A stretch of 64,000 nucleotides of DNA from an uncultured Lentimicrobiaceae bacterium (GCA_964473395.1 CAYYOW010000001.1:10237-74236); one strand, 5' to 3'. Positions 7,531 through 18,309 are shown, numbered from the stretch's first letter. The notes: generated by a model from the letters alone, not told the origin. Translations and numbers: made by a program.

Positions 7531-10116
7531 CTAAAGATCTTTTTTCGGATACATTTCGTTCCACCACTGCGGCTGGTCTTTCAAGTATTTTGCCAGCCAG
7601 GCGAAAATGGTCTTCTGCCATAAAATCCGCTTGTTGTAATCAACAATATGATGATTCTGACCTTTTATCTCCACAAATTTTACCGGACGTCCGAGTAGTT
7701 TCAGTGCAGTGTAAAGCTGAATACTTTCGCCAGTGGGCACGTTGGTGTCGGCAGTTCCCTGAATAAGCAACATGGGTGTGTGGATTTTTTCTGCATTGAA
7801 CAGCGGACTGTGGTCAACGTAAAGTTTTTTGTTATTCCACGGGAAACTATTGGCGGAAGCCACAGAGCTGTACAAATAGCCCCAGTATCCCTGGCCCCAG
7901 TAAGAGCTAATGTCGCTGATACCCGCGTGAGCAATGGCTGTGGTAAAAATGTCCGTTTGTGTTTGCAGCCACATTGTCATATACCCACCATAAGAGGCTC
8001 CGAGGCATCCAACGGCATTCGGGTTAACCTGAGGATGAGCTTTGATAAATTTTTTGGTTCCTTCAATAATGTCGCTGGCATTTTCTTTGCCCCAGCCGTT
8101 TACATGTAGTGCCGAGAAATCCTGACCATATCCGATAGCACCGCTGGGCTGGAGGTCATATACGATGTATCCCATGGCAGCAAATAGGTTTTTCGGGTAA
8201 CGACCGCCGAAATCTCTTGATGTAGGAACTGTTCCGCCATAGTAATAAACCAACAACGGGTATTTTTTACCGGGATTATAATCCGGTGGATAATAAATAC
8301 GTCCTTGTATGGTATATCCCTGTTTGTTTTTAAAATTCCAGTCTTCTGTTTTCCCGAATTTGATGTTGGCAAAAAATGTTTTTTCCGGATTGGCTATTTC
8401 CGATTGCTTGTTTTCTTTCAGATCGTACAGCCAGCCTGTAGTAGGGTAGGAGATGCTACTTCCCGAATAGCTCATAACCTGTGCTTTTGGAGCAAAGCTT
8501 ACACCCGTTACCACATCCACATTCATAGATAGCCTTTTAAAATTATGGTTATCAGTATTATACTTCCAAATATCAACATAAGACCTATCTTGTGTCAGAA
8601 AGTAAATCTGATGATCCGATGGATTCCACCAGGCATTTTCTATGGATGGATTGAAGTTTTTGGTTATAGGCTCTATTTTCTTGGTAGCAAGGGTATAGAT
8701 GTAAGCCTGAATATCGAAATCATTGGGAATTTTGGCTTTTTTCAAATGAATTCCGGCTCCGTCAAACATGGCGGCACTTCCGGTAACCAGCAATTGTTTC
8801 CCGTTTGGCGAATAAACAGCGCTGCCGCCAAAACTGGCATTCCAAAGGGTATCCACCTGTCCGTTTTTAAGATCCATCTGCATCATAACCTGTTTGGTAT
8901 AAGGACGTTTTGAATAGTAGGGGAAACTTTGTGAAAATAGAATATGGTTTTCGTCCTGCGAAATATCTTGTAGATTGTTGGTAAGATAGCCGTAAGTGAG
9001 TTGTTTGGTGCTGTGATCTGCCGGGCGAAACAGAAACAGTTGTGTACGTGTGCGATACCATGGCCAGCGATCGGGCATCCCCCGGAGTTCATAAACACCA
9101 GTTTTGTTTTTCTTATATTTTTCGCGAACGGAATAGATGATGAAATCACCTTTCGGACTCCAGTTGTAACCCGAAAACTGCTTGGAAGTTTTCATTAAAA
9201 GCGTCTCTTTGTGCGTTTTTAGGTTATAGGCCATCAACGCGGAAGTAATTCCGTTTTTCGTTACATAACTGATATTATGTGTCCCTGGAATCCATTCTAT
9301 CTGGCTTATGTCGCCATGACGTGACGAAAACAAAACCTGATTTGTTTTAGAGTTCCTTACTTCGACCCTGTTGACAGTCTTCCCTTTGGGAGGATAGGCC
9401 TCAGAATACCGCAACAAAATCAGGCTGCCATCATCGCAAAGGGCTGTTGCCGTAAGTTTCTGTCCGAGTAGAATATGTGAAATATCTAAAAATTGCGTGT
9501 CTGTTAAAGAGGCTGTTATAGCTTTGGTGGTGAAAGACTTGGTATACGACAGGGAGACTTTTACAGGCATGACAGGCGTTGTACCTTTCTTCACAAGTGA
9601 TTTTACAACAACAAGATATCGCCCTTTTTCAAGTTTTAATGAGGCATCTTTTGTAACCGGCTTGTTATCGGTGCTATAGTTGAAGGTCTTCTTCTCGCCC
9701 TTTACAAAAACTTCAAAAGGAAGCTTGCTTTCGGCTTTTAGTTCCAATTTCACAAACCGGTTTGCATTTAAATAAAAGGCCTGCCAGTAAATGGCGTACG
9801 GTGCAGAATTATTGATTTTCAATGCTGTTTGAGCCATAGTCGTTTCCCATCTCAGCGTTTCGTTGGCATTTTTCAGAAAGATTTTTCCCATTTTGGGGTC
9901 GGAAACTTTCTTCTGGGAAAATTTCAGTAAGTCAACAGGCTGAAAAGTTTTTCCTTCCAGGTTCGGTTTGTTATTAAAGGCAGGTAATTGGACATCGAGA
10001 GGTCCTGCAACTAGAAATTGTTTTACCTGTACGTCATAGTTTACCGTGTCCTGAGCAAATCCGGCTCCTCCAAGTAAAAAAAGGAATCCGATAAAAAATA
10101 TTCTGATTTTATACAT
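7531..10116 (-). CDS. secreted S9 family (prolyl oligo/acylaminoacyl) peptidase with a beta-propeller; probable start ATG 10116
   Basis: Signal peptide MYKIRIFFIGFLFLLGGAGFA, YPLLVYYYGG, GASYGG nucleophile, GTADTNVP Asp, QNHH His. Confidence 0.92.
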   Translation of the reverse strand: MYKIRIFFIGFLFLLGGAGFAQDTVNYDVQVKQFLVAGPLDVQLPAFNNKPNLEGKTFQPVDLLKFSQKKVSDPKMGKIFLKNANETLRWETTMAQTALKINNSAPYAIYWQAFYLNANRFVKLELKAESKLPFEVFVKGEKKTFNYSTDNKPVTKDASLKLEKGRYLVVVKSLVKKGTTPVMPVKVSLSYTKSFTTKAITASLTDTQFLDISHILLGQKLTATALCDDGSLILLRYSEAYPPKGKTVNRVEVRNSKTNQVLFSSRHGDISQIEWIPGTHNISYVTKNGITSALMAYNLKTHKETLLMKTSKQFSGYNWSPKGDFIIYSVREKYKKNKTGVYELRGMPDRWPWYRTRTQLFLFRPADHSTKQLTYGYLTNNLQDISQDENHILFSQSFPYYSKRPYTKQVMMQMDLKNGQVDTLWNASFGGSAVYSPNGKQLLVTGSAAMFDGAGIHLKKAKIPNDFDIQAYIYTLATKKIEPITKNFNPSIENAWWNPSDHQIYFLTQDRSYVDIWKYNTDNHNFKRLSMNVDVVTGVSFAPKAQVMSYSGSSISYPTTGWLYDLKENKQSEIANPEKTFFANIKFGKTEDWNFKNKQGYTIQGRIYYPPDYNPGKKYPLLVYYYGGTVPTSRDFGGRYPKNLFAAMGYIVYDLQPSGAIGYGQDFSALHVNGWGKENASDIIEGTKKFIKAHPQVNPNAVGCLGASYGGYMTMWLQTQTDIFTTAIAHAGISDISSYWGQGYWGYLYSSVASANSFPWNNKKLYVDHSPLFNAEKIHTPMLLIQGTADTNVPTGESIQLYTALKLLGRPVKFVEIKGQNHHIVDYNKRILWQKTIFAWLAKYLKDQPQWWNEMYPKKDL

Positions 10117-10117
10117 A

Positions 10118-11014
10118 TTAATATAGATTTTGATTAATATCGTTGTTGTGGGGAAGCTGCGGCAGACCGTCGTCTGTTGAGCCGTCATCCGGTGTTAGAT
10201 TCTTAGGGTTAAGGATATTGTTTTTCATATCCAGAATCATGATGTTCTCAAGACTTGTCTTAACATAGCCCGGAGGAGTCTGAAAAATGGCTTGCGGGAT
10301 ATTCATCTTTCTAACTTTAGTGACTTTCGTAACGAGTTTGTTGCCGTCAGTGGTATAATTGACAGATTTCAAAACAATACCTTCCTCCAGTAACCTCATA
10401 TAATCTTTGCTTCGGCTCAGACTGGTTTGAATGGTAAAAGGATTCATAGCCCTGCTAAATGCCATAATCCGCTCAATATTGGCTTCATGATATGGTTTTA
10501 CCTTTTGGGTTACCCACACGTGCTGCTTGACAATGCTGTCGATAATAATTTCATATTCTGTACCTGGATAACCGAGAAGCGTATCCCTTTGGCCTGTCTT
10601 TCTAACAGTCACATCCGGGAAAACCCTCAGGCTATCCGGTTTTGCCTGATTTCGCTTAAAAGATGCCAGTGCTTGTTTTATATCTTGTTTTTTTTGTTCG
10701 GGGGCGAAGGCCAGCAGTTTGGTCAGCTGTCCTTCGGCCATCTCGGCGGTCGTTTTATTCAAATCTTCGGCAGTTCCCTGCCAGTAGGCCCTGTGCTGCG
10801 CAAAAATAAGTGTAATAAGTTTTTTGTTAAAATTGATTATGCTGATGGAGGTCGGCTTGTCGATTCGGATAATGCTGTCCTGAATAAAGGTAGTACTAAA
10901 AGATTTGTTTCCGAAACTATCGCTGCTTTGTGTCGTAATGACCCATCCAGCTTCAGCTGTCTGTGCAAAGGCCAGAAACAAAAGTATTGTCCAGAAAAAA
11001 GCTGTTTTCCACAT
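10118..11014 (-). CDS. secreted DUF4412-like protein
   Basis: Signal peptide, KTGQRDTLLGYPGTEYEI and IPQAIFQTPPGY motifs typical of DUF4412; coupled to the S9 peptidase. Confidence 0.7.
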   Translation of the reverse strand: MWKTAFFWTILLFLAFAQTAEAGWVITTQSSDSFGNKSFSTTFIQDSIIRIDKPTSISIINFNKKLITLIFAQHRAYWQGTAEDLNKTTAEMAEGQLTKLLAFAPEQKKQDIKQALASFKRNQAKPDSLRVFPDVTVRKTGQRDTLLGYPGTEYEIIIDSIVKQHVWVTQKVKPYHEANIERIMAFSRAMNPFTIQTSLSRSKDYMRLLEEGIVLKSVNYTTDGNKLVTKVTKVRKMNIPQAIFQTPPGYVKTSLENIMILDMKNNILNPKNLTPDDGSTDDGLPQLPHNNDINQNLY

Positions 11015-11254
11015 AAATAATTGTTAAATACCTGTTTAAAAAAATGGATTCTTCAAATTTTCAGCGTAACAAATGTACACGAAATTCTCTCACCCTGAAT
11101 TACCCGCGTAAAAGGTGAAAAAAAATTACGCGAGAGTACGGCTGTTTCTTCTGTGAAACTTTATTTTGAAATTTTTTTCAAAAAAAATCAGTATTTTCAC
11201 CGGGAAAGGCAAAAAAAATTGCGGCTTGTTATTTTATTATACCGAATAAAAATA

Positions 11255-11262
11255 TACTTTTG
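11255..11262 (+). promoter_or_regulatory. -7 promoter element
   Basis: TACTTTTG upstream of the TPR gene. Confidence 0.55.
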
Positions 11263-11285
11263 CAAACTCAAAAAAAATCCGTACA

Positions 11286-11987
11286 ATGTCGAAAAAGAAA
11301 CAAAAAGAAAAGAAAACACAGCAGCAGTTTGAGAATATTGAAGAATCTCTTTCCAGAACAGAAGAATATATTGTTGAACACCAGAAGCTTCTAACTATTA
11401 TCGTGGCTATTTTGGTTGTCATTGTTTTGGGATTTTTTGGTCTTAAAAAATATTATCTGCAACCGAAAGAGAAGGAGGCGCAGGAACAAATTTACCCTGC
11501 ACAGCATTATTTCCAGGCCGATTCTCTGGACAAAGCCCTTTACGGTGATGGAAACAACCTCGGCTTTGTGGATATTGCCAAAACTTATAGCATCACCAAA
11601 GCCGGGAATTTGGCTAATTATTACGCCGGCATTTGTTTCCTGAAAAAAGGGAATTATGGTAGTGCCGTCAAGTACCTGAAAAAATTTGACAGTGATGATG
11701 AAATTGTTGGTCCCATGGCTAAAGGAGCCCTTGGCGATGCCTATCTGGAGGAAGGGAAAAAAGCCGAAGCGGTTACCTCCTATATGGAAGCTGCCAATCT
11801 GAAAAATAATGAGTTTACCAGTCCGATGTTTTTACTCAGGGCCGGCGAGGTAAACGAAGATATAGGAAATTACGATCAAGCCATTGTAGTATATAAACGC
11901 ATTCAGCAGGAATATTCTAAAAGTGTGGAAGCCAGAAATATTCAAAAATATATTGCCCGGGCCGAGGCGTTGAAAAAGAATAAATAA
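11286..11987 (+). CDS. membrane-anchored tetratricopeptide repeat protein (YfgM-like)
   Basis: Single N-terminal TM helix, ALYGDGNNLGF..I...YS.TKAGNLA.YYAG, TPR pattern. Confidence 0.85.
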   Translation: MSKKKQKEKKTQQQFENIEESLSRTEEYIVEHQKLLTIIVAILVVIVLGFFGLKKYYLQPKEKEAQEQIYPAQHYFQADSLDKALYGDGNNLGFVDIAKTYSITKAGNLANYYAGICFLKKGNYGSAVKYLKKFDSDDEIVGPMAKGALGDAYLEEGKKAEAVTSYMEAANLKNNEFTSPMFLLRAGEVNEDIGNYDQAIVVYKRIQQEYSKSVEARNIQKYIARAEALKKNK

Positions 11988-12003
11988 CAAAAGATTTTCT
12001 CAA

Positions 12004-12037
12004 AAAAAAACCTGATGGAAATCCATCAGGTTTTTTT
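12004..12037 (+). terminator. intrinsic terminator
   Basis: AAAAAAACCTGATGGA-AA-TCCATCAGGTTTTTTT inverted repeat. Confidence 0.85.
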
Positions 12038-12076
12038 ATTTCCGTACTTTCGTAACAAAACTGAAACCGGGAGGTT

Positions 12077-13051
12077 ATGAAAAGAAAAATAGATCTCAGA
12101 ATTGTATTTATGGGGACACCCGATTTTGCTGTATCCTCTCTGAAAGCTTTATTGGACGCTGATTATAATATTGTTGCCGTCATAACTGCACCGGATAAAC
12201 CAGCAGGGCGGGGAAAGAAAATAAGCCAACCGGCAGTGAAAAGATATGCTGTGGGACAAGGTTTGAAAGTTTTGCAACCCCCTAAGTTAAAAAACCCGGA
12301 GTTTTTGAAAGAATTAAAGTCGCTGAAAGCTGACTTGCAGGTGGTGGTGGCTTTCCGGATGCTTCCGGAGCAGGTTTGGGACATGCCACCTATGGGAACC
12401 ATCAACCTGCATGCCTCTCTTTTGCCGCAATACCGCGGAGCAGCGCCCATTCATCATGCCATCATCAATGGTGAAAAAGAGACGGGACTAACCACATTCC
12501 TACTTCAAAAAGAGATTGATACGGGGAATATTTTGTTCCGGAAAAAGCTGGAAATAGGTCCGGAGGAAACCGTAGGCGAACTGCATGACCGGATGATGGT
12601 TGCCGGTGGACAGCTGCTGGTGGAAACCATCGAAAGACTTTGTAAAGGCGGAGTTGTCCCTATTGACCAGAATCAGCTTATTCCATCCGGAATCGTACTA
12701 AAACCTGCTCCAAAAATTTTCAAAGAAAACTGCCGGATCAGATGGAATAACGACTTGGATACTGTGCATAATTTTATCCGTGGTCTTAGTCCGTATCCAT
12801 GTGCTTTTTCTATGCTTACCTCTCCCGATGGAGAGAGTATTATCATGAAAATTTATAAAGCCTCACGGGAAAAAAGTCCCCGGCAGTTTCATCCCGGAAC
12901 CATTTTTACGGATGGCAATACCTACGTAAAAGTGGCTGTTGTAGATGGCTTCATCCGGCTTCATGAGCTACAACTGGCAGGCAAAAAGAGGTTGCAAATC
13001 GCAGAATTTCTACGTGGTTTTACCATCAACGATAGCTGGCACTTTGCCTGA
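12077..13051 (+). CDS. fmt: methionyl-tRNA formyltransferase
   Basis: RIVFMGTPDFA, INLHASLLPQYRGAAPI. Confidence 0.97.
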   Translation: MKRKIDLRIVFMGTPDFAVSSLKALLDADYNIVAVITAPDKPAGRGKKISQPAVKRYAVGQGLKVLQPPKLKNPEFLKELKSLKADLQVVVAFRMLPEQVWDMPPMGTINLHASLLPQYRGAAPIHHAIINGEKETGLTTFLLQKEIDTGNILFRKKLEIGPEETVGELHDRMMVAGGQLLVETIERLCKGGVVPIDQNQLIPSGIVLKPAPKIFKENCRIRWNNDLDTVHNFIRGLSPYPCAFSMLTSPDGESIIMKIYKASREKSPRQFHPGTIFTDGNTYVKVAVVDGFIRLHELQLAGKKRLQIAEFLRGFTINDSWHFA

Positions 13052-13172
13052 AAAAGTGCCTTCAGCCCTTGTCTTTAGCCTGTTTAGCCCGATCTTATTA
13101 ACAAAATAAGGGATTTATCAACATTTCCTGACTTTTTTTAGCATATATCCTTGCATTTGATTAATTTACCAC

Positions 13173-13180
13173 TATATTTG
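13173..13180 (+). promoter_or_regulatory. -7 promoter element of hup
   Basis: TATATTTG with a TTG about 20 nt upstream. Confidence 0.6.
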
Positions 13181-13220
13181 TTACATCAATTGTTTAAATG
13201 TTAATTAAAAATTAAAAATT

Positions 13221-13493
13221 ATGAACAAAGCTGAATTGATTGACGCTATGGCTGCAGGTGCCGGCTTAAGCAAAGCAGATGCTAAAAAAGCTCTCGATGC
13301 TTTTGTTGGTTCCACCACTGATGCACTCAAAAAAGGTGAACGTGTTGCATTGGTAGGATTCGGATCTTTTTCTGTTTCCACCCGCTCGGCCAGGAAAGGC
13401 CGCAACCCCCAGACGGGTAAAGAAATTAGCATCCCTGCTAAAAAAGTTGTTAAATTTAAAGCAGGTGCTGACTTATCAAAAGGTGTAAAATAA
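13221..13493 (+). CDS. hup: DNA-binding protein HU
   Basis: MNKAELIDA..., [22 protein letters not shown]. Confidence 0.97.
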   Translation: MNKAELIDAMAAGAGLSKADAKKALDAFVGSTTDALKKGERVALVGFGSFSVSTRSARKGRNPQTGKEISIPAKKVVKFKAGADLSKGVK

Positions 13494-13513
13494 TTGCATC
13501 TTTACTTCAGTAG

Positions 13514-13548
13514 AAACGTCTGGTATTTTCGTGCCGGACGTTTTTTTT
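13514..13548 (+). terminator. intrinsic terminator after hup
   Basis: AAACGTCTGGTA...TGCCGGACGTTTTTTT. Confidence 0.7.
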
Positions 13549-14164
13549 ATACCTTCTTTCCTCTACTCATCACAGGCCGATAACCGAGGTGTTTCAAAAT
13601 GAAACGATAGGGGAGTCCCGCATCTTCTCCGGCATAATCGACACCCACACGGGACGCTACAATAATTTGTGCCTCCTGTGGGACAAATCCGTCATCGGCT
13701 ATCCAGAGTATATTTCCTGCCAGAGAAACAGCATTATACTGCCGTGTAATACCCAGCGCCTGACAAACTTTGGCCGGGCCGTTGGTAAGCAGTTTCCCAC
13801 CGAAGAGCATCTTGCGACGAATTTGCTGTGTTTCAATTCCTTCCGTGGCGATAATTCCCCGTATAAGCACGGCATGGGGAACATCTCTTCCAGCAGTTAC
13901 CACATTAACCAGATGATGCATACCGTAAGTGAAATAAACATAACTAACACCACCAGCAAGATACATGATTTCAGTACGTACGGTGCGTCTTCCGTTATAA
14001 GCATGTGAGGCACGGTCAGTTACTCCGGCGTAGGCTTCGGTTTCTGTAATCATTCCACCACAAAGATGGCCATCAATATGACTGAAAAAATATTTACCTA
14101 ACAACAACCGGGCAATTGTCACCACATCGGGTTGCCGATAAAAAGAGAGGGGTAACTTCTTCAC
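13547..14164 (-). CDS. DNA-3-methyladenine glycosylase (MPG/AAG family)
   Basis: ARLLLGK, ITETEAY, YVYFTYGMH, AVLIRG, LTNGPAKVCQALGI, RVGV. Confidence 0.93.
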   Translation of the reverse strand: MKKLPLSFYRQPDVVTIARLLLGKYFFSHIDGHLCGGMITETEAYAGVTDRASHAYNGRRTVRTEIMYLAGGVSYVYFTYGMHHLVNVVTAGRDVPHAVLIRGIIATEGIETQQIRRKMLFGGKLLTNGPAKVCQALGITRQYNAVSLAGNILWIADDGFVPQEAQIIVASRVGVDYAGEDAGLPYRFILKHLGYRPVMSRGKKV

Positions 14165-14177
14165 ATCCCCAATTTTA

Positions 14178-14894
14178 TTATAAATAATAAGTGTAGCCCA
14201 GGCTGGCCGTGATATACATCAAGCTCATTTTTATACTCCTATCGTACAATTTTCCATCGTAACCGGTACCGATTACATGTTTAAAATTAGTTTTAGAATT
14301 AAGGATTCTTCCTTCGATAAAGAAGCCGTGATGACTCGCTCTGAAATTAATTTTTGTCTCCATACCGTAAGCAAAAGAAAATGCTTTGCTGCGCTGCCGA
14401 TAATAAGTGGAGGACGGATTGGGGCCGGGAGGTATAATACTGGTAACAGTAATCTGATATGCAGGGGAATATGTCACCATAGCACCGACCAGTGGAGCAA
14501 GGTCCCACGATACTTTATTTCCCAATGGTACGTGCAAATAATACCTCAGATAAATACCACCCAGGGTCCAGCCATTGGAGCTGAAATATTCCTTTTGTGT
14601 ATCGTCCAATACATTTCTATAGTACTTGTCCAGCTTATTCATACTGTATTTTGCAGAACAGACCTCTACATCAACACCCAGCCCGAAATAGTCAGATAAT
14701 TGATAGTCGTACGAAACCTGAATGTGAATACCATTTCCGGCAACACCCGAAGAGCTGTCAGCCAGATTATTATTGCCCAAATCGCTCAAAGGGAACATGG
14801 CGCCGGCCGAAATGGCAAAAGTTTGCTTTCCTGCCTGTCCATACATCATAACCGATAGCAGGACGAAAAAGAGTAATAAGGCTGATTTTTTCAT
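14178..14894 (-). CDS. outer-membrane beta-barrel protein (probable start ATG 14894)
   Basis: Signal peptide MKKSALLLFFVLLSVMMYG, alternating beta-strand pattern, aromatic-rich C-terminus ASLGYTYYL. Confidence 0.7.
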   Translation of the reverse strand: MKKSALLLFFVLLSVMMYGQAGKQTFAISAGAMFPLSDLGNNNLADSSSGVAGNGIHIQVSYDYQLSDYFGLGVDVEVCSAKYSMNKLDKYYRNVLDDTQKEYFSSNGWTLGGIYLRYYLHVPLGNKVSWDLAPLVGAMVTYSPAYQITVTSIIPPGPNPSSTYYRQRSKAFSFAYGMETKINFRASHHGFFIEGRILNSKTNFKHVIGTGYDGKLYDRSIKMSLMYITASLGYTYYL

Positions 14895-15011
14895 GTTGAA
14901 TCCTATATGTTTTAGCAAAAGTAAGGTATCTGGGGCTAAATTGCAACCGTACCCGAAATAAATAGGTTTGTGGTGAACTGACGCTTATAAAGACAATCAG
15001 GAAGGCCCTCT

Positions 15012-16940
15012 TTACAACTCCAATTTCAGTTCGTTTGAGAGTCTTATACGTTCATCTTTTTGCCTGATTAGCGTTCTGTTATCAAGCAGCCATTCGATCA
15101 CAGAGAGGATTTTATCTTCCTCAAAATCAGGGATAAGGGGGATAATCTCATATAGGTGTCGGGCACTACCTGAAAGCATTGCCTTGAGTTTGGTTTCGAT
15201 TTGCTCGAATTCAAGGGTATGAAGACCAGTTTCGTTTACCGAAAGGCAAACATCACAAATGCCGCAGCGATTTCCGCTGTCTTCTCCAAAATAGCGCAGC
15301 AGCTGGGTACTCCTGCATTCACGGTTGTTGGTTAGGAAATCGACCAAAGCATCCAGCCTCTGTGCCGCTGCATCTTTCAGGTTTTGGTAATTCTCTTTGG
15401 AAAATCCGATATTTGCAATCGGAAGTCGCACAGTATTATAGAAAATCTGCGGTTGAGACTTTAAAGGAAAATAGCTGAGAATATTTAGTTTGCTAAGATA
15501 AGACAAAGCGGCAACAACTTTTTCCGGTTTCATGCCGGTACGTTTGGCAATTAGTTTTTCGTGAATATTCACATAATCGGTAAACAAGCCGCCATAGGAG
15601 CGTAGTATTTCTTTCAGTAGCCTTTCAAAGTTGGCGTTTTCCACAATAAATCGGTACAGTTGCTCATTGTTCAACATGATTTTCAATCGCGAATAGTGGC
15701 CTCCCGATTCATCAAAAGCAATAAATCCCTCTTTCTCTAATAGCTTAATGGTGTTGTAAGTGGTGAGTAACCCGAAACCATAATCATTAACAAAGTCTGT
15801 AATCTTAAAATTGTAGCCCATGTCTTTGCCGCTGCCTTCAGGAATATTAAAATAGTTTCCCAGTGCGTTGTATATATTCCGGATAGTCTTAATGTCAGGA
15901 AAAGATTCAGTAAGCTGTTTTTTGGCATGTCCAATATCCTGGTTATTGAAGAGGAGGAAGGCTACCGACGATTTTTCATCGCGCCCTGCCCGTCCGGCTT
16001 CCTGAAAATACGATTCAAGGCAGTCGGGAAGGCTGTAATGAATGACTTGCCGCACATCGGGTTTGTCGATGCCCATTCCAAAAGCATTGGTAGCCACCAT
16101 AACCCTGATTTGTCCCAGATTCCAGGCATGTTGCCGCTGGCTGCGCGTGCGGTTGTCAAGTCCTGCATGGTATGAAGTTGCTGCAATCTTGTTCTTAACT
16201 AAAATATCCGCCAGCTCCCTGGTCTTTTTCCGATTTCGCACATACACGATGGACGAGCCCTTTGAATTGGCCAACAAACGGAGAACACGGCTGGTTTTAT
16301 CGCTCTCCTTATATACACGATACGCCAGGTTTCGGCGTTCAAAACTGCTTTTAAAGACATTCCTCTTTTTAAAGCGGAGCTTATCCATAATGTCTTCTAC
16401 CACTCTTGGTGTTGCCGTAGCCGTTAAAGCAAGTACTGGAACCCGCGGGTAAAAACTCTTTATTTCAGCAATCCGCAGATAGGGCGGACGAAAGTTGTAT
16501 CCCCACTGCGAAATGCAATGTGCTTCATCCACAGCGATAAGGTTAACATCTATTTTAGCCAGCGCCATCTGGAAGGTCTGGTTAAGTAACCTTTCCGGAG
16601 ACACATACAAAAACTTGAGCTTATTATGAATGGCATTGGAATAGATAGATTCTATTTCGTTGTAATACAATCCGGTGTAAAGCGCTCTGGCCGGGATGTT
16701 CATTTTCCGGAGACGGTCAACCTGATCCTTCATAAGAGCCAGCAACGGGGTAATAACGAGACAGCATCCCTGGTTTATCAATGCAGGTATCTGAAAAGTC
16801 AGTGATTTGCCGCCACCTGTAGGCAGCAGGGCAAACGTGTCTTTCCCCGAAAGCACAGAATCGATAATCTCCTCCTGCATGGGACGGAAACTTGAAAACC
16901 CCCAGTATTTAGTCAATATTTCTTTTGCCTCTTTACTCAA
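15012..16940 (-). CDS. recQ: RecQ-family ATP-dependent DNA helicase
   Basis: LPTGGGKS, VDEAHCISQWG..FRP, ATNAFGMGIDK, QEAGRAGRD, Zn site CR...CGICDVC. Confidence 0.95.
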   Translation of the reverse strand: MSKEAKEILTKYWGFSSFRPMQEEIIDSVLSGKDTFALLPTGGGKSLTFQIPALINQGCCLVITPLLALMKDQVDRLRKMNIPARALYTGLYYNEIESIYSNAIHNKLKFLYVSPERLLNQTFQMALAKIDVNLIAVDEAHCISQWGYNFRPPYLRIAEIKSFYPRVPVLALTATATPRVVEDIMDKLRFKKRNVFKSSFERRNLAYRVYKESDKTSRVLRLLANSKGSSIVYVRNRKKTRELADILVKNKIAATSYHAGLDNRTRSQRQHAWNLGQIRVMVATNAFGMGIDKPDVRQVIHYSLPDCLESYFQEAGRAGRDEKSSVAFLLFNNQDIGHAKKQLTESFPDIKTIRNIYNALGNYFNIPEGSGKDMGYNFKITDFVNDYGFGLLTTYNTIKLLEKEGFIAFDESGGHYSRLKIMLNNEQLYRFIVENANFERLLKEILRSYGGLFTDYVNIHEKLIAKRTGMKPEKVVAALSYLSKLNILSYFPLKSQPQIFYNTVRLPIANIGFSKENYQNLKDAAAQRLDALVDFLTNNRECRSTQLLRYFGEDSGNRCGICDVCLSVNETGLHTLEFEQIETKLKAMLSGSARHLYEIIPLIPDFEEDKILSVIEWLLDNRTLIRQKDERIRLSNELKLEL

Positions 16941-17032
16941 AATTTTTTCTTTTTGCTAAGCGTTTATACTTCGGCTACCGCAAAGTACAGATGATTGAAA
17001 GGATAAAGATAAGAAAAATTAAGAAAAGGACA

Positions 17033-18292
17033 TCAATTTGTCTCAGACAGGACGACATCTTTCGGATAACACAAAAAATATTTGGTTGTAGGTTTGGATA
17101 ACAGATTGATATTTAGCTGGTCAGACACTTCTGTAATATCTTTGACTGTACCATCCTTAAACAAAATGTTGATGTTATCGGCGCCGGGGTGATAGGTGTA
17201 ATTGGCTGTTTTCTCAAAAAAGACAAAATAGTCTGTTTCGTCTTCTATAAGGTGGTATTTCTTCTTTGTCGCTTCTCTGATGGTATCGATTCTGTCCTGC
17301 GCAAAAGGCTCATTCTGCATTTCGATGCGAAACAGCCGGCGGTTGACCAATGCCCGGCTGAGTTGCGATAAGATTTTGTCAGGGTGCTGCATCCACAATT
17401 TCAGAGAGGTGTAAATATCGTAGTCGTCCAGCAAGGCAAAATCTTCCAAAACATGACTATTTTCAAGAAAATGCTTTTCGCGGATATCGTTTTCCAGAAA
17501 AAATTGCAGGGCAGGGGTGGCTGCTTTCAGTGTTTTTCCGTTCATGGCCAGCCATTTGGCACGTTTTAGCAGGTGGACAGCCATATATTCAGCCACCAGC
17601 ACAGTTTTGTGCAGATAAACTTGCCAGTACATAATGCGGCGGGCAGTGATGAACTTTTCTACCGAGTAGATACCCTTATATTCAATAACCGGTTCATCGC
17701 CGGCAATTTGCAACATATTCAGCAGCCGCTCGTAGTTGATGGTACCTTCGGAAACGCCTGTGAAAAAGCTATCGCGTTTGAGATAATCCAGCCTGTCCAT
17801 ATCAAACTGACTTGTAATAAGTTTGTGCAGGAAATGTTTTTCATACCGGTCTCCAAAGATATCCAGTGCCATCTGCAGGCTACCGCCAAATTCTTTGTTC
17901 AGTTTCTGCATAAACCATACGGAGATCTGCTCGTGGCCAACATGGTTCACAATGCTGTGTTCCAGCGCATGCGAATATGGTCCGTGGCCCACATCGTGCA
18001 GCAGCATGGCGACTTCTGCTGCAAGCTGTTCTTCCAGGGTAATTGTGTGTCCTTTTAACCTAAGCTCTGCTAATGCCTTTGTCATCAGATGCATGGCACC
18101 CAGCGAATGGTGAAAGCGGGTATGCAACGCTCCGGGATAAACCAAATGTGCCAGTCCCAACTGTTTTATGCGCCGTAACCGCTGGAAAACCGGATGTTCG
18201 ATAATATCAAAAACACGGTCTCCGGGAATGGTAACAAAGCCGTAAACCGGATCGTTGAATATTTTGCGTTTGTTGACCTGTGTTTTGCTCAT
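17033..18292 (-). CDS. HD-domain phosphohydrolase (dNTP triphosphohydrolase-like); probable start ATG 18292
   Basis: KIFNDPVYG, FQRLRRIKQLG, HTRFHHSLG, LLHDVGHGPYSH, DMDRLDYLKRD. Confidence 0.92.
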   Translation of the reverse strand: MSKTQVNKRKIFNDPVYGFVTIPGDRVFDIIEHPVFQRLRRIKQLGLAHLVYPGALHTRFHHSLGAMHLMTKALAELRLKGHTITLEEQLAAEVAMLLHDVGHGPYSHALEHSIVNHVGHEQISVWFMQKLNKEFGGSLQMALDIFGDRYEKHFLHKLITSQFDMDRLDYLKRDSFFTGVSEGTINYERLLNMLQIAGDEPVIEYKGIYSVEKFITARRIMYWQVYLHKTVLVAEYMAVHLLKRAKWLAMNGKTLKAATPALQFFLENDIREKHFLENSHVLEDFALLDDYDIYTSLKLWMQHPDKILSQLSRALVNRRLFRIEMQNEPFAQDRIDTIREATKKKYHLIEDETDYFVFFEKTANYTYHPGADNINILFKDGTVKDITEVSDQLNINLLSKPTTKYFLCYPKDVVLSETN

Positions 18293-18301
18293 AATTTTTG
18301 T

Positions 18302-18309
18302 TAAATTTG
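18302..18309 (+). promoter_or_regulatory. -7 promoter element, probably for porX
   Basis: TAAATTTG in the divergent HD/porX intergenic region. Confidence 0.45.
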
